DNA of 64,000 nucleotides from Hoeflea sp. (lineage in GTDB: Bacteria; Pseudomonadota; Alphaproteobacteria; Rhizobiales; Rhizobiaceae): the NCBI RefSeq assembly GCF_051251555.1, contig NZ_JBPOEW010000013.1; one strand, written 5' to 3'. The position numbers were made by a program, and so were the translations under genes. The notes under the pieces were generated by a model. It was not told the origin of the DNA, made no database searches, and saw only the letters and a list, made by a program, of their open reading frames with translations. How positions within the stretch are numbered: position 1 is the stretch's first letter; the number at the start of each line of letters is the position of its first letter. Shown here piece after piece: positions 38,803-49,425 of this stretch.

Positions 38803-40389
38803 TCAGATCGCCAAACGCGCGGACACGTCTTCCACCACGGTTTTCGCCAAGGCATCACAGTTGGCGAGCCCTTGCGAGAATGGATAGCGCTGAAGGATCT
38901 GCGGCAGCGCCAGGCAATAGACCTGCGCGGAGCCTTTATCGCCGATGTCGAGTTTGAAAGGCTCCAGAACCGGTCCGGCGTCGTCAGGAAAACAGGCGGC
39001 GAGCGACGGGAAAGGCAGTTCCGACAGTGATTGACTTGTCTGACCGCGGGCATCCACCAAAGCGTCGAATGTCCGGTTGCCGTCTTCTGTCTCAACCGAC
39101 ACCTGACCGTTTTCAGACTGGGTGAATGTTGCGTCCTCGGCCGTTGCCAGCAATTCGAGGACACCGGCATCATACATCGCAACGATACGCGCCAGCGAGA
39201 CGTGAGGCACCGCCGCATAGCAGTCTCCGAACACGGGCATCAGGGCCTCGGAGAACCGCTTGTAATCCTCGTCGCTCAGGTGCGGCAGGATATCGCCGAA
39301 AACCTCATGACCGCGCAGCAGCGCGTAGCGGTGCGGAACGGTTTCGCGCTCTCGCATCAACTTGCGCATTTCGGCCAGATTATCCTTGACGGCTGGCAGG
39401 CCGCCGATCTCCCGGCGGGACGCGAAATAGCCCGGGGCGAAACCCTCAAGAGTTCTAGCCTCTTTGCCGAGATGCTCCAGGTATTCGGGATCGGCGGCGT
39501 CGAGTTCGGCACACAAAAGCGCGAAACTACGTTGCAGCAGGCCATCCTTGCCTTTCGCGATCTCCTTCGCGACGGCATCCTCGGTCAGATGCTGCAAAGG
39601 TTCGTAGGGGAAGGGGTAGTAAAAATCGCCCTCCGGCATGACTCCATTCCGCGACACCATGGTGACCCGTAAATCAGTCTCAATCTCATTGGGGAGCCAG
39701 GTGATGCGGCCGCTGTGTTCTTCAAACTGTCCGTGGGCATGCCCCAGAGCGACCACCACATCGATGGCCGACAGAGACGAGCCCAGAACGCCGATCGTGC
39801 CTTCCGGCAGGGCTTCAATCTTGGTGTAGGGCCATGGCGACACCAGCCGCGCTTCATCAATCATCGGCGCCGAAGACCATTTGTGTCCCGTCGCGATAAG
39901 CACGATGTCGAATTGTTCCTGACCGTCCTTGCCGCTCTTCGAGTAGGAAACGACAGCCTTTTTGCCGGTGATAGAAACGTCTTCAACCTTGCAGCCGGTA
40001 TGGATGGTGAGATCGAACCCGGCTTCTTGGGCTTTTGAGCACAGGTCGGCAAATTCAGATCCCAGATATTCGCCGATCAGTGTCCGGGGATAGAATGCGC
40101 GCGGGCTGAGGTCGTGGGTGGAAAGTTCCCATTCACCGAGTTCACGCGGCGGCTGGGCTTCAAGCCAGTCTATCAGCGGTCTGGTGACAGATGGAATTTC
40201 GCGGCTGAAGGCGTTGCACAGCATGTAATCCGCATTCATGCCCTCACGGTAGGGCATGCCCGTTCCCACCTCATCCGCACTTTCGAAAACGACTATGGAA
40301 ACCGGCAGCTTTTGGGAAACAAGCCTCTTGAGCAGGTAAGTGCCCATTGCCCCGCTTCCGATAATGCATAGCTTGAGATGATTGCCCAT
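38803..40389 (-). CDS. FAD/NAD(P)-binding protein (YdhS-like, FAD-NAD binding_9-type)
   Basis: 'LCIIGSGAMG', 'GTGMPY', 'LIATGH', 'IGVLGSSLSAIDVV', 'LVDARGQ'. Confidence 0.8.
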   Translation of the reverse strand: MGNHLKLCIIGSGAMGTYLLKRLVSQKLPVSIVVFESADEVGTGMPYREGMNADYMLCNAFSREIPSVTRPLIDWLEAQPPRELGEWELSTHDLSPRAFYPRTLIGEYLGSEFADLCSKAQEAGFDLTIHTGCKVEDVSITGKKAVVSYSKSGKDGQEQFDIVLIATGHKWSSAPMIDEARLVSPWPYTKIEALPEGTIGVLGSSLSAIDVVVALGHAHGQFEEHSGRITWLPNEIETDLRVTMVSRNGVMPEGDFYYPFPYEPLQHLTEDAVAKEIAKGKDGLLQRSFALLCAELDAADPEYLEHLGKEARTLEGFAPGYFASRREIGGLPAVKDNLAEMRKLMRERETVPHRYALLRGHEVFGDILPHLSDEDYKRFSEALMPVFGDCYAAVPHVSLARIVAMYDAGVLELLATAEDATFTQSENGQVSVETEDGNRTFDALVDARGQTSQSLSELPFPSLAACFPDDAGPVLEPFKLDIGDKGSAQVYCLALPQILQRYPFSQGLANCDALAKTVVEDVSARLAI

Positions 40390-40640
40390 GTCCTGCCCCG
40401 TTCCTGCCCAGCCAGCAATGCGTTTCGCTTTCAAACGTATTCATTTGAAAGACAACGTACATGCATCATTTCATAGTGTTACAGTGGCCTTTTGCGCATC
40501 CGACCGGATGCGCGGCGCTGTAGATGGCAGGCAGAAAACAATCCTGGCAGGTTTTCGTTCCATTCCCTATGGAGGAAACTCTGCAGCTTGCAGGGCTCTT
40601 CAAGCGTCGATGAAACCCGTGCAGCCGGCTAGTCTATGCT

Positions 40641-41348
40641 CTAAGCCGTTTCTTCGCCTGTCTCCTCAGGCAATGCATGGCGCTGCATCAGCGGCAGTTG
40701 CAACAAGGTGAAGACGATCGACAGCGGCATGTTGCCCCAGACCTTGAAGGTGATCCAGAAGTCGGTGGAGAAATTGCGCCAGATGACTTCGTTGACCACA
40801 GCCATCACCAGGAAGAACACGCCCCAGCGGAAGGTCAGGATGCGCCAGCCTTCAGCATCAAGCTTGAAGGCCGAATCAAACACATAGCCCAGGAACGATT
40901 TGCCGAAGAGAAGGCCAACGAGCAGAATACCGCCAAACATCGTGTTGATGATGGTCGGCTTGACCTTGATGAAGGTCTCGTCCTGTAGCCACAGGGTAAG
41001 CGCGCCAAAAACCAGCACGATGATGCCCGACAGGAGCGGCATGATCGGCAGGGTCCGAGTCAGAATCCACGACACCGACAGCGCCACGGCCGTGGCGATC
41101 ATGAAACAGGCGGTGCCGACAAAGATCGGTCCGCCGATATCGGCCAGAAACGGCACCTGCTCGGCGATCCATTCGCCGCGGGCATTGGCGAAGAAGAACA
41201 CCAGCAGCGGCCCAAGTTCGAGAACCAGCTTGAGCAACGGGTGGACGTGCTTGCGCTTCGGATCGCCAGGATCGCGCTCGAAAATATGGGTTTCTTGATC
41301 TGCGGCTTGGTCGGCAGCCCCGGCTTCGGGTTGCTTGCGGTCGGTCAT
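40641..41348 (-). CDS. ispZ: Inner-membrane septation protein A (IspZ/YciB)
   Basis: '[10 protein letters not shown]', '[11 protein letters not shown]', 'WITFKVWG'; overlaps the ftsY stop by 4 bp. Confidence 0.93.
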   Translation of the reverse strand: MTDRKQPEAGAADQAADQETHIFERDPGDPKRKHVHPLLKLVLELGPLLVFFFANARGEWIAEQVPFLADIGGPIFVGTACFMIATAVALSVSWILTRTLPIMPLLSGIIVLVFGALTLWLQDETFIKVKPTIINTMFGGILLVGLLFGKSFLGYVFDSAFKLDAEGWRILTFRWGVFFLVMAVVNEVIWRNFSTDFWITFKVWGNMPLSIVFTLLQLPLMQRHALPEETGEETA

Positions 41349-43003
41349 TTCAATTCTCCGGCCGGTTGTCCGGCAATGGCGGATGCAAAATCGGCCGCCT
41401 CAAATGGTTCGAGATCGTCCACACCTTCGCCAACGCCGACGAAATAGACCGGCAGTTTATGCTTGGCGGCGATGGCGACAAGAATGCCGCCGCGTGCGGT
41501 ACCGTCGAGTTTGGTCATTACCAGCCCGTTGACGCCGGCGACATTCTTGAAAATCTCGACCTGATTGAGCGCGTTCTGGCCGGTTGTGGCGTCGAGCGTC
41601 TGCAGCACCGTGTGCGGCGCGTCCGGATCGAGCTTACTGATCACACGGACCACCTTGGCGAGCTCGTCCATCAATTCAGTGCGGTTCTGCAACCGTCCGG
41701 CAGTGTCGATGATCAGCACGTCGGCGCCCTCGGCGCGGGCGGTCTCGAAGGCTTCATAGGCCAGACCTGCCGCATCGGCGCCGAGCTTGGTTGAGACCAC
41801 TTTCGAGCCGGTGCGGTCACCCCAGATCTTGAGCTGCTCAATGGCTGCGGCGCGGAAGGTGTCACCGGCTGCGAGCGTGACTTTCAGCCCGCCGGCGCTG
41901 AGCTTGGCGGCGAGCTTGCCGATGGTCGTGGTCTTGCCAGTGCCGTTGACGCCGACCACCAGAATGACATGCGGCTTGTGGCTGAGGTCGAGTTCCAGCG
42001 GTTTTGCGACCGGGCCCAGAACCTTGGTGATCTCGTTTGCCATCACCTTCTGGACTTCGGCCGGCGAGATGTCCTTGCCGTAGCGGGTGGCCGACAAGGC
42101 ATCGGTGATCCGCATCGCGGTCTCGACGCCGAGATCGGCCTGCAGCAGCACGTCCTCAAGATCCTGGAGGGTTTCCTCGTCGAGCTTGCGCTTGGTGAAA
42201 ATGCCGCTGATCTGGCCGGTCAGCTGGCCCGACGTGCGCGACAGGCCCTTGCGCAGACGCTGCCACCAGTTGGATTGCTCGGGCTCTGCAGGCTCGATAG
42301 TCTGCACGGGTTCGGCGTCTGACACGGTGTCGCGCACCACGAGCTTTCGCGGCCCCGGTGTGGGGGCGGTGACTGCAGTCTCAACCGGGGCCGGCGGGAT
42401 GTCAGGGTCCGCCGTAATCTCATCGGGCGTCAGCGGGGCCTCCGGTTTGGCGTCTGCTTCGCTGACATCGGCAACCGCTGGCTCGCCGGCGTGGTCTTCG
42501 TTTGCAGGCGCGGGTGTTGACAGCGCCTCGCCGGGTGCTGTTTCCGGCGTGAACTGCATCCCGCCATCAGCAGGGAACGCGTCATCGGGCGACACGGTGC
42601 GTGTTTCGGTCGCTGCTGTCTCAGGCGCGGCAGGTTTCTCCGGGACAGGGGATATTGCCGGGTCGGCAGCGATTTCGTCCGGCGCCACCCAGTCTTCGGC
42701 AGCGTGCTCTGAGGCTTGATTCCCGGCTGGCTCCTTGTTGAGGCCTTTGCCATCGGCGGCAATTGGCGGCTCGCCGGCATGCTCCTCGTCCGCAGGCGCG
42801 GGTGTTTCGAGCGGCGCGCTTCCAGCTGTTTCCGGGGTGAACTGCATTCCACCGTCAGCCGGGAAGGCCTGTTCGGGTGGTGCGGTTTCAGGTGTTGGAG
42901 CATCGGCGGCAGGCGCTGCTGTCTCAACTGCTGTATCCGGCGCAGGCGCGTCTTCCTTGTCTTTCCCGAAGGAGAAAACCTTTTTGATGAAGTTAAACGC
43001 CAT
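41345..43003 (-). CDS. ftsY: SRP receptor FtsY with a long acidic Pro/Ala N-domain
   Basis: '[15 protein letters not shown]', 'DTFRAAA', 'DTAGRLQN', '[10 protein letters not shown]'. Confidence 0.97.
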   Translation of the reverse strand: MAFNFIKKVFSFGKDKEDAPAPDTAVETAAPAADAPTPETAPPEQAFPADGGMQFTPETAGSAPLETPAPADEEHAGEPPIAADGKGLNKEPAGNQASEHAAEDWVAPDEIAADPAISPVPEKPAAPETAATETRTVSPDDAFPADGGMQFTPETAPGEALSTPAPANEDHAGEPAVADVSEADAKPEAPLTPDEITADPDIPPAPVETAVTAPTPGPRKLVVRDTVSDAEPVQTIEPAEPEQSNWWQRLRKGLSRTSGQLTGQISGIFTKRKLDEETLQDLEDVLLQADLGVETAMRITDALSATRYGKDISPAEVQKVMANEITKVLGPVAKPLELDLSHKPHVILVVGVNGTGKTTTIGKLAAKLSAGGLKVTLAAGDTFRAAAIEQLKIWGDRTGSKVVSTKLGADAAGLAYEAFETARAEGADVLIIDTAGRLQNRTELMDELAKVVRVISKLDPDAPHTVLQTLDATTGQNALNQVEIFKNVAGVNGLVMTKLDGTARGGILVAIAAKHKLPVYFVGVGEGVDDLEPFEAADFASAIAGQPAGELK

Positions 43004-43026
43004 GCGAGCTCAGTGCCTTTTCCATG

Positions 43027-44337
43027 TCAGTCTGCGGCAAAGTCTGCCGTTTGCATTTGATCCGCTGATCCGGCAACCACGTCGCCGGTTAAATGATCAG
43101 CGTTGCGGCCATTGACCCTTACCAGAGCCATCTGGCCCCGCGGGGCTCCGGGCGCAACCACCGGGGTGAAATTTTCTGTGCGTGCTGTGCCGGAAAACTC
43201 GACCAGAACGGAGTGGGTATCGCCCGCGAGCGCCATGGTGGCGAGGTGGGCATCATAGGCTTGTTCGCCACGTTGTCTCAATCGTGCGGCGCGTTGCTTG
43301 ATCAGCCCGCGATCAAGCTGCGGCATCCTTGCGGCGGGGGTGCCGTCGCGTGGCGAATAGGGGAAGACATGCAGGAACGCCAGTCCGCATTCATCGACAA
43401 TGTCGAGCGAACGGGCAAACATCTCTTCGGTTTCGGTCGGAAATCCGGCGATCAGATCAGCGCCGAAGGCGAAGCCGGGTCTGAGATCGCGGACTGTGCG
43501 ACAGAAATTGATAGCGTCATCGCGCCCATGGCGCCGCTTCATGCGCTTGAGGATCATATCATCGCCATGCTGCAGCGACAGGTGCAAATGCGGCATGAAG
43601 CGCGGTTCATGGGCGATCAGATCCATCAGCGTGTCGTCGACCTCGATTGAATCAATCGAGGACAGCCGCAGCCGCTTGAGATCGGGCACCTGTTTGAGAA
43701 TGGTGGCGGCCAGCGTTCCAAGCGTCGGTGCGCCGGGCAGATCGGCGCCATAGCTGGTGGCGTCAACGCCGGTGATGACGGCTTCCTGGTAACCGTTGTC
43801 GACCAGCTTTTCGATTTGGCTGACCACCGCGCCCATCGGCACCGAGCGGGAATTGCCGCGGCCGTAGGGGATGATGCAGAAGGTGCAGCGGTGATCGCAG
43901 CCATTCTGCACCTGGACGAAGGCGCGGGCATGGCTTTCTACCGCCTCGATCATCTGCGGCGCGGTCTCGCTCACCGACATGATGTCGTTGACGCGGATCT
44001 TCTCGCTTTCGGAGACGCCGAAATCAGGCAGCTTGCGATAGGTCGCGGCCTGGCCCTTGGCCTCGTTGCCGATCACCGCGTCGACTTCGTCCATGGCGGC
44101 GAATGTTTCCGGCTCGGTCTGAGCGGCGCAGCCCGAAACGACGATGCGGGCGTGCGGGTTGTCACGTCGCGCCCGGCGGATGGTCTGGCGGGCCTGGCGC
44201 ACCGCATCGGCTGTCACTGCGCAGGTGTTGACCAATACAGCATTATTGAGGCCTGCGGCTTCGGCAGCCTTGCGCATGGTTTCCGATTCATAGGTGTTGA
44301 GCCGGCATCCAAGGGTGAGGACGCGAACCCCGCTCAC
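43027..44337 (-). CDS. mtaB: tRNA t6A37 methylthiotransferase MtaB
   Basis: '[11 protein letters not shown]', 'NTCAVT', '[14 protein letters not shown]', '[14 protein letters not shown]'; next to dapF. Confidence 0.92.
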   Translation of the reverse strand: MSGVRVLTLGCRLNTYESETMRKAAEAAGLNNAVLVNTCAVTADAVRQARQTIRRARRDNPHARIVVSGCAAQTEPETFAAMDEVDAVIGNEAKGQAATYRKLPDFGVSESEKIRVNDIMSVSETAPQMIEAVESHARAFVQVQNGCDHRCTFCIIPYGRGNSRSVPMGAVVSQIEKLVDNGYQEAVITGVDATSYGADLPGAPTLGTLAATILKQVPDLKRLRLSSIDSIEVDDTLMDLIAHEPRFMPHLHLSLQHGDDMILKRMKRRHGRDDAINFCRTVRDLRPGFAFGADLIAGFPTETEEMFARSLDIVDECGLAFLHVFPYSPRDGTPAARMPQLDRGLIKQRAARLRQRGEQAYDAHLATMALAGDTHSVLVEFSGTARTENFTPVVAPGAPRGQMALVRVNGRNADHLTGDVVAGSADQMQTADFAAD

Positions 44338-45212
44338 GCAGTCACCTCATCGGCCTGCCAATTCCCGGTCAGCGGATCGACGGTGCCGGAAAACTCCCAC
44401 TCCGCCGGACCGGTCATGATCACATGATTGTTGGCGCGCCAGTCGATGTGAAGCGGGCCGCCGGGCACGTTGACGGTGACTTCGCGGCCGGTGCGGTCAG
44501 TGCGCGCGGCGGATACACCGGCCGCGCAGGCAGCCGAACCGCAGGCGCGGGTCAGGCCGACACCGCGTTCCCAGGTCCTGAGATCAAGCGTTCGGGCATC
44601 GATCACCCGGGCAATCGAGATGTTGGCGCGTTCGGGAAAGATCGGGTGGTTTTCCAGAAGCGGGCCGAAGCGCTCGAGATCATAGGACCAGACATCTTGC
44701 TTGACCCAGAAGATGGCGTGCGGATTGCCCATCGACATCGCCGAAGGCGAATGCAGCACCGGCGCATCAATCGGGCCAACTTGCAACTCGATGCGGGTTG
44801 TGTCGAAAAATTCCTCCGCCAGCGGGATCCGGTCCCAGCGAAATTCCGGCACACCCATATCGACCGAAATCAGCCCGTCTTCGTGCTCTTCGGCAGTGAG
44901 GATGCCGGCCAGCGTCTTGAAGGTGAAACTCTTGCGCCCGGTCTCCGACGCCAGGGCCTGCACCACGCACCTGGTGCCGTTGCCGCAGGCCTGGGCACGG
45001 GAGCCGTCACGATTGAGGATGTCGATGCGGTAATCGACTCCGTCGAGATTGCTGTCATGAATGGCCATGATCTGGTCGAAGCCGGTGCGTTCGCCGCCGG
45101 CGAGTGCTACCGCTGCCTCCGGGGTCACGGCATCGCTGTTGCCACGCATGTCGATGACGACAATGTCGTTGCCCAGTCCATTCATCTTGGCAAAAGGAAC
45201 CATCGATCCCAC
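44334..45212 (-). CDS. dapF: Diaminopimelate epimerase
   Basis: '[10 protein letters not shown]', 'ACGNGTRC', 'SMGNPH', '[16 protein letters not shown]'. Start GTG 45212 or ATG 45203. Confidence 0.96.
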   Translation of the reverse strand: MGSMVPFAKMNGLGNDIVVIDMRGNSDAVTPEAAVALAGGERTGFDQIMAIHDSNLDGVDYRIDILNRDGSRAQACGNGTRCVVQALASETGRKSFTFKTLAGILTAEEHEDGLISVDMGVPEFRWDRIPLAEEFFDTTRIELQVGPIDAPVLHSPSAMSMGNPHAIFWVKQDVWSYDLERFGPLLENHPIFPERANISIARVIDARTLDLRTWERGVGLTRACGSAACAAGVSAARTDRTGREVTVNVPGGPLHIDWRANNHVIMTGPAEWEFSGTVDPLTGNWQADEVTA

Positions 45213-45291
45213 CACGCGCACCCGTTGTTGTTTGCGGCCTGTATGGCGTAAAAATACCGGGATTACCAGTCCAGGGGCCGCTGCTGCCGGG

Positions 45292-46371
45292 TCAGGCTGC
45301 GGCAGGAAAATCCCATGTTTCGCCCACATGCAGCGGCCGGAAGCGATCTTTGCCGACGCCCTTCTCGGCGAGTTTTTCGTACAGCAGCTCTTCGGGAGCT
45401 TCGCGGCCTTCATCGGTGAGCTGGAATGTGCCCCAGTGATGGCCCAGCGCATAGTCGGCGCCCGACATCAGAAAGCCGTCGATTGCCTCGTCGGGGCTCT
45501 GGTGCTGATCCTTCATGAACCAGCGCGGCTCATAGGCGCCAACGGGCAGGATCGCGGCGCGGAACTTGCCGTGCTTGTCACGGGCGTTCTGGTAGGGTCG
45601 GCCCTTGTCGAAGCCGGTGTCGCCGATGTGCAGGATCTTGCCGCCGGGGGTCTCTAGCACGAAAGCCGCCCAGAGCGCCATCGAGCGGTCGTTGACGCCG
45701 CGTGCCGACCAGTGGTGGCAGGGTTCGAAATGGATCGTCGCGGGACCGGACTGGATGGACTGCCCCCAGTCAGCAGTCATCACACGCATCGTCGGTGTAT
45801 GCGCCTTGATGATCGTGTCATTGCCCAGTGGCGTGATGACCAGTGGATTGTGTGCGAGCCTTAACCGGCCCAGCGTGACCAGATCGAGATGGTCGTAATG
45901 ATTGTGCGACAGCAGCACCAGATCGATCTCGGGGAGATCCTCAAACGCGATGCCGGGCGCGGTCACGCGCTTGGGGCCGACGAATGCAAGCGGGCTGGCG
46001 CGGTCGGACCAGACCGGATCTGTCAGGATGTTCAGGCCAGCGGTCTGGATCAGCATGGTGGCGTGACCGACCATGGTGATGCGCAGGCGGTCGCCTTCGA
46101 CACGTGGCTCGGGCCGGGCCGGTGCGAAAGGGCTTCTGACTGAGGCAGGCCACTTGGCCTGGGTGCCGCCGAATTTCCACTTCAGCAGATCGGAAAATCC
46201 CTTCGGCTCAGCGCCGTCGGGATTGAAGAACCGTGTCCCGTCGAAATGATCGCTGACCGGGCCTGAATGATAATGGTTGGAGCTGCGTGCAACTGCCATT
46301 GCGGTCCCCGATGCGCCAAGCCCGAACAGGGCTGCGAGCGCAGTGAATTTGAGAAAAGAGCGACGTTTCAT
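45292..46371 (-). CDS. Tat-exported MBL-fold metallohydrolase (RomA/NAPE-PLD-like)
   Basis: Twin-arginine 'MKRRSFLK'; 'SHNHYDHLD', 'HWSARG', 'GDTG', 'HHWGTFQL'. Confidence 0.88.
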   Translation of the reverse strand: MKRRSFLKFTALAALFGLGASGTAMAVARSSNHYHSGPVSDHFDGTRFFNPDGAEPKGFSDLLKWKFGGTQAKWPASVRSPFAPARPEPRVEGDRLRITMVGHATMLIQTAGLNILTDPVWSDRASPLAFVGPKRVTAPGIAFEDLPEIDLVLLSHNHYDHLDLVTLGRLRLAHNPLVITPLGNDTIIKAHTPTMRVMTADWGQSIQSGPATIHFEPCHHWSARGVNDRSMALWAAFVLETPGGKILHIGDTGFDKGRPYQNARDKHGKFRAAILPVGAYEPRWFMKDQHQSPDEAIDGFLMSGADYALGHHWGTFQLTDEGREAPEELLYEKLAEKGVGKDRFRPLHVGETWDFPAAA

Positions 46372-46542
46372 GAGGGGGAATATGGGGACATGGGTGGCGC
46401 GATCAAGTGAAGGCTCAACCCTGGTCTCTCCAGCCCACTCTCAACCCACACTCAGGCGGGTCATGAATTATGGCTTCAGAAATGGTTCAAGCACTGCTCT
46501 TCATGTTGGTTACATCAAAACAACGAACCAGAGGGTCAAATC

Positions 46543-46980
46543 ATGTTGAACACGTCACTTTTCACCGTCGCCGCCATCTCGGTGGTTTCCGCATTTGCTC
46601 AGGTGCCTGCCTATGCCAGCGACTTGTCAAACATCGTGCGGGACGTACGGGATCACCGCACCTCCGTGCAGTTTACGGTGCGTGACCACCGCACCGCCAA
46701 GCAGCAGAAGGTTCGCGACCACCGTGTCACCAAGCAGGAAAAAATCCGCGATCACCGCACCCCACGCAAGAACGAAGTCGTGAATGTGTCGCGCAAGGAT
46801 TGCCGCACAGGTGCCGAAAGCCTGCGCCGCTCAGGCTACCGGCAGATCAGGATGCTCGATTGCCAAGGCACCGAATATTCCTACCTGGCCAAGAAGCACC
46901 ACGCCCTGTTTGGCGCCAGGATGAATGCCTTTTCCGGCAAGATCAAAGTGTCGTTCCTCGGGCCGGTGCGGTCACACTGA
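46543..46980 (+). CDS. Secreted hypothetical protein with four 11-aa [VI]RDHR repeats and a two-Cys C-terminal domain
   Basis: GAGG RBS, signal peptide; repeats start at 46645, 46678, 46711 and 46744 (exact 33-bp period). Confidence 0.75.
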   Translation: MLNTSLFTVAAISVVSAFAQVPAYASDLSNIVRDVRDHRTSVQFTVRDHRTAKQQKVRDHRVTKQEKIRDHRTPRKNEVVNVSRKDCRTGAESLRRSGYRQIRMLDCQGTEYSYLAKKHHALFGARMNAFSGKIKVSFLGPVRSH

Positions 46981-47154
46981 TCCGGTTTTGCCGCAAACCC
47001 GCATGACATGACCAGTTGCAGCGTCGGGATGAAATCCGGGCGCTGCGTTTCCCTTTTCCGGGGATGCCAGCCATGCCGCTCTACCCAGAGAATTTTGTCG
47101 GGACGCCGCATAAAAGCCCTTGCATTTGCATGCAAACCCTGTTGAATGCGCCTC

Positions 47155-47250
47155 ACCACAGGGGTGCCGCGTAGAGCCGCGGCTGAGATGTGGGCGCCAA
47201 GCCCACGTACCCTCGAAGCTGATCTGGATAATGCCAGCGTAGCAAGGAGG
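47155..47250 (+). promoter_or_regulatory. TPP riboswitch (THI box)
   Basis: 'aggggtgcc...ggctgagat...accctcgaagctgatctggataatgccagcgtagc', immediately before the RBS of a thiamine-related operon. Confidence 0.92.
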
Positions 47251-47257
47251 AACCAAG

Positions 47258-47866
47258 ATGTTCGCAGGCGCGCAAGTATCCCTTTACCCCATGACCGACG
47301 GGTTCGTGGACGTCATCATGTCGTCGCTCAGTGCGCTCGATCCCTGGCGTGATCGCCTGCGGATCGAGACTGACGATATTTCCACTCTCATTGTCGGGCC
47401 GCCCGAAGTGCTGTTCCCGGCGTTGCGCGATCTCTATGTCGCAGCCGCCGCATCGAGGGCGCATGTGGTGCTCAGGGCCACGCTGTCACGCGGTTGCCCC
47501 GGCGAGCCGGATGATCCGATCTGCCAGACCGGAGCGCTGGCCAATCCGTCCGAACCGCTGGCCTCACGTCAGGCCGGGGCACTGGCCGCATTGGCTGAAG
47601 CGCCTGACACTGGCGAGATCGCCCGGGCGCAGTTCTCGCTCTATGTGATGGGCGCCGGCGACCATATGGCCGAGATCATGGGCTGCATTGATTTTCTCAA
47701 ATCAAGCGGCTGCTTCGACCGGTCGAAGAATTTCTGCACCCGGCTGAAAGGCGATTCCGGTCCGGTTTTCGCCACTCTGCAGGAGGCTTTCTGCCGGTTC
47801 GGTCCTCCCGCGGGCCATGTCACTATCGATCTGACGGTGTCTGCCAACAGCCCTTCGATCAGCTGA
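47258..47866 (+). CDS. ykoF: YkoF family thiamine/HMP-binding protein
   Basis: 'GAQVSLYPM', 'TDDIST', tandem ferredoxin-like halves, 'HVTIDLTVSANSPS'; under the TPP riboswitch. Confidence 0.85.
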   Translation: MFAGAQVSLYPMTDGFVDVIMSSLSALDPWRDRLRIETDDISTLIVGPPEVLFPALRDLYVAAAASRAHVVLRATLSRGCPGEPDDPICQTGALANPSEPLASRQAGALAALAEAPDTGEIARAQFSLYVMGAGDHMAEIMGCIDFLKSSGCFDRSKNFCTRLKGDSGPVFATLQEAFCRFGPPAGHVTIDLTVSANSPSIS

Positions 47867-47870
47867 TCTG

Positions 47871-48659
47871 ATGGCTCACTTTCCGTCCGGTCCGCCGGCG
47901 GCAAGGCTTTCTCGAAGCCTGCCGACAATTCTCAGTGTGCTCACCGCTCTTGCCGTGTGGGAAATCTATGTCCGGCTGTCGGGCATCTCGCCGCTTGTGC
48001 TGCCCGCACCCTCGCGGGTGGCTCAGCAGATCGTCGTCAACCGCGACATGCTGTGGGCCAACACACTGCCGACACTCTATGCAACGCTTACCGGCTTCGC
48101 CTTTTCCGTCACGGTGGCGTTCTTGCTGTCGGTGCTGATCGATTTCATGCCACGGTTGAGGCGGGCGCTGTTTCCGGTCTTTGTCATCAGCCAGACCCTG
48201 CCGCTGGTGGCGATCGCGCCGCTGGTGGTGCTGTGGTTCGGCTTCGGGCTGACCCCAAAAATCCTCTTGGTGGCGCTGGTCACCTTCTTCCCGATGCTGG
48301 TGGCGCTGGTTGATGGCTACGAGTCCACCGATCCCGACATCGAGGCGCTGCTCGGCTCGATGGGCGCCTCACGGCTCAGCATCTTCCGCCGTGCCCGGTT
48401 TCCCTCGGCGATGCCCTATTTCTTCGCCGGGCTTCGGATCTCGATCACCTATGCGGTGGTGGCAGCGATATTTGCCGAATATGTCGGTGCCCGCGCCGGC
48501 CTCGGCATCGTCATCCTCAACGCCAAAAACAGCTTTCGGCCTGACCTGATGCTCGCCGCCGTGGTGATCAGCTCGGCTCTGACGCTGGTGCTGTTTGGCG
48601 CAACCGCGCTGTTGCAACGCCTCGTGTTGAGCTGGCGCCATGCGGGGGCGGGGCCATGA
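47871..48659 (+). CDS. ABC permease, ThiX/SsuC-like
   Basis: 'LPAPSRV', 'SQTLPLVAIAPL', 'ALVTFFP', 'AIFAEY'. Confidence 0.88.
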   Translation: MAHFPSGPPAARLSRSLPTILSVLTALAVWEIYVRLSGISPLVLPAPSRVAQQIVVNRDMLWANTLPTLYATLTGFAFSVTVAFLLSVLIDFMPRLRRALFPVFVISQTLPLVAIAPLVVLWFGFGLTPKILLVALVTFFPMLVALVDGYESTDPDIEALLGSMGASRLSIFRRARFPSAMPYFFAGLRISITYAVVAAIFAEYVGARAGLGIVILNAKNSFRPDLMLAAVVISSALTLVLFGATALLQRLVLSWRHAGAGP

Positions 48660-49423
48660 CCGTGCTGCAAACCGGGGCCGCTCTGGAAATCACAAAAGTC
48701 AGCCTGACGCTTGGCGGCACCCCGGTGCTCGACGATATTTCGCTGCATCTCGCCAATGGCGAGTTCGTCTCGATCCTCGGGCCGTCGGGGTGTGGCAAAT
48801 CGAGCCTGTTCCGGCTCTTGACCGGGGCGTTGTCTCCGGATCGCGGCACGATCCGTGTCAATGGCGCGCCGTTGTCATCAAAGCCGCAGGCTTTCGCCTT
48901 CATGCCGCAGCGCGACGCGCTGATGCCGTGGCGGCGGATCATCGACAATGTGATTCTCGGGCTGGAAGTCCAGGGCATGGATCGGACTGAGGCGCGCGCC
49001 AAAGTGCTGCCGCTGTTTGCCGCCTTCGGCCTCGAAGGCTTTGAACAACATTACCCGGCGCAACTCTCGGGCGGCATGCGCCAGCGCGCGGCACTGCTGC
49101 GCACCATCGTGCAGGACCGCGCGGTCCAATTGCTTGACGAGCCGTTCGGGGCGCTCGATGCGCTGACCCGTGCTGAAATGCAGGGCTGGCTCGAGAGCCG
49201 CTGGCAGAAGGCGCACTGGACCACGCTTCTGGTTACCCACGATGTGCGCGAGGCGGTGGCGCTGTCGGACCGGGTCTATGTGTTTTCACGCCGGCCGGCG
49301 CGGATCATCGCCGAATTCACCGTGCCCGGCCCGCGCCCCAGGCTGGGTCATGCGCTGTCCATCGAAGCCGTACGACTCGAAGCCCAACTTCTCGACACCC
49401 TTCTCACCCAAACCGGAGACTGA
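48656..49423 (+). CDS. ABC ATP-binding protein, ThiZ/SsuB-like
   Basis: 'GPSGCGKSS', 'LSGGMRQRAALLR', 'LDEPFGALD'. Confidence 0.9.
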   Translation: MTVLQTGAALEITKVSLTLGGTPVLDDISLHLANGEFVSILGPSGCGKSSLFRLLTGALSPDRGTIRVNGAPLSSKPQAFAFMPQRDALMPWRRIIDNVILGLEVQGMDRTEARAKVLPLFAAFGLEGFEQHYPAQLSGGMRQRAALLRTIVQDRAVQLLDEPFGALDALTRAEMQGWLESRWQKAHWTTLLVTHDVREAVALSDRVYVFSRRPARIIAEFTVPGPRPRLGHALSIEAVRLEAQLLDTLLTQTGD

Positions 49424-49425
49424 CC

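Noticed and set aside
46645-46761. 33-bp periodic repeats as a CRISPR array
   Set aside because: In-frame coding repeats with synonymous variation, no 25-40 bp unique spacers, and no cas genes.
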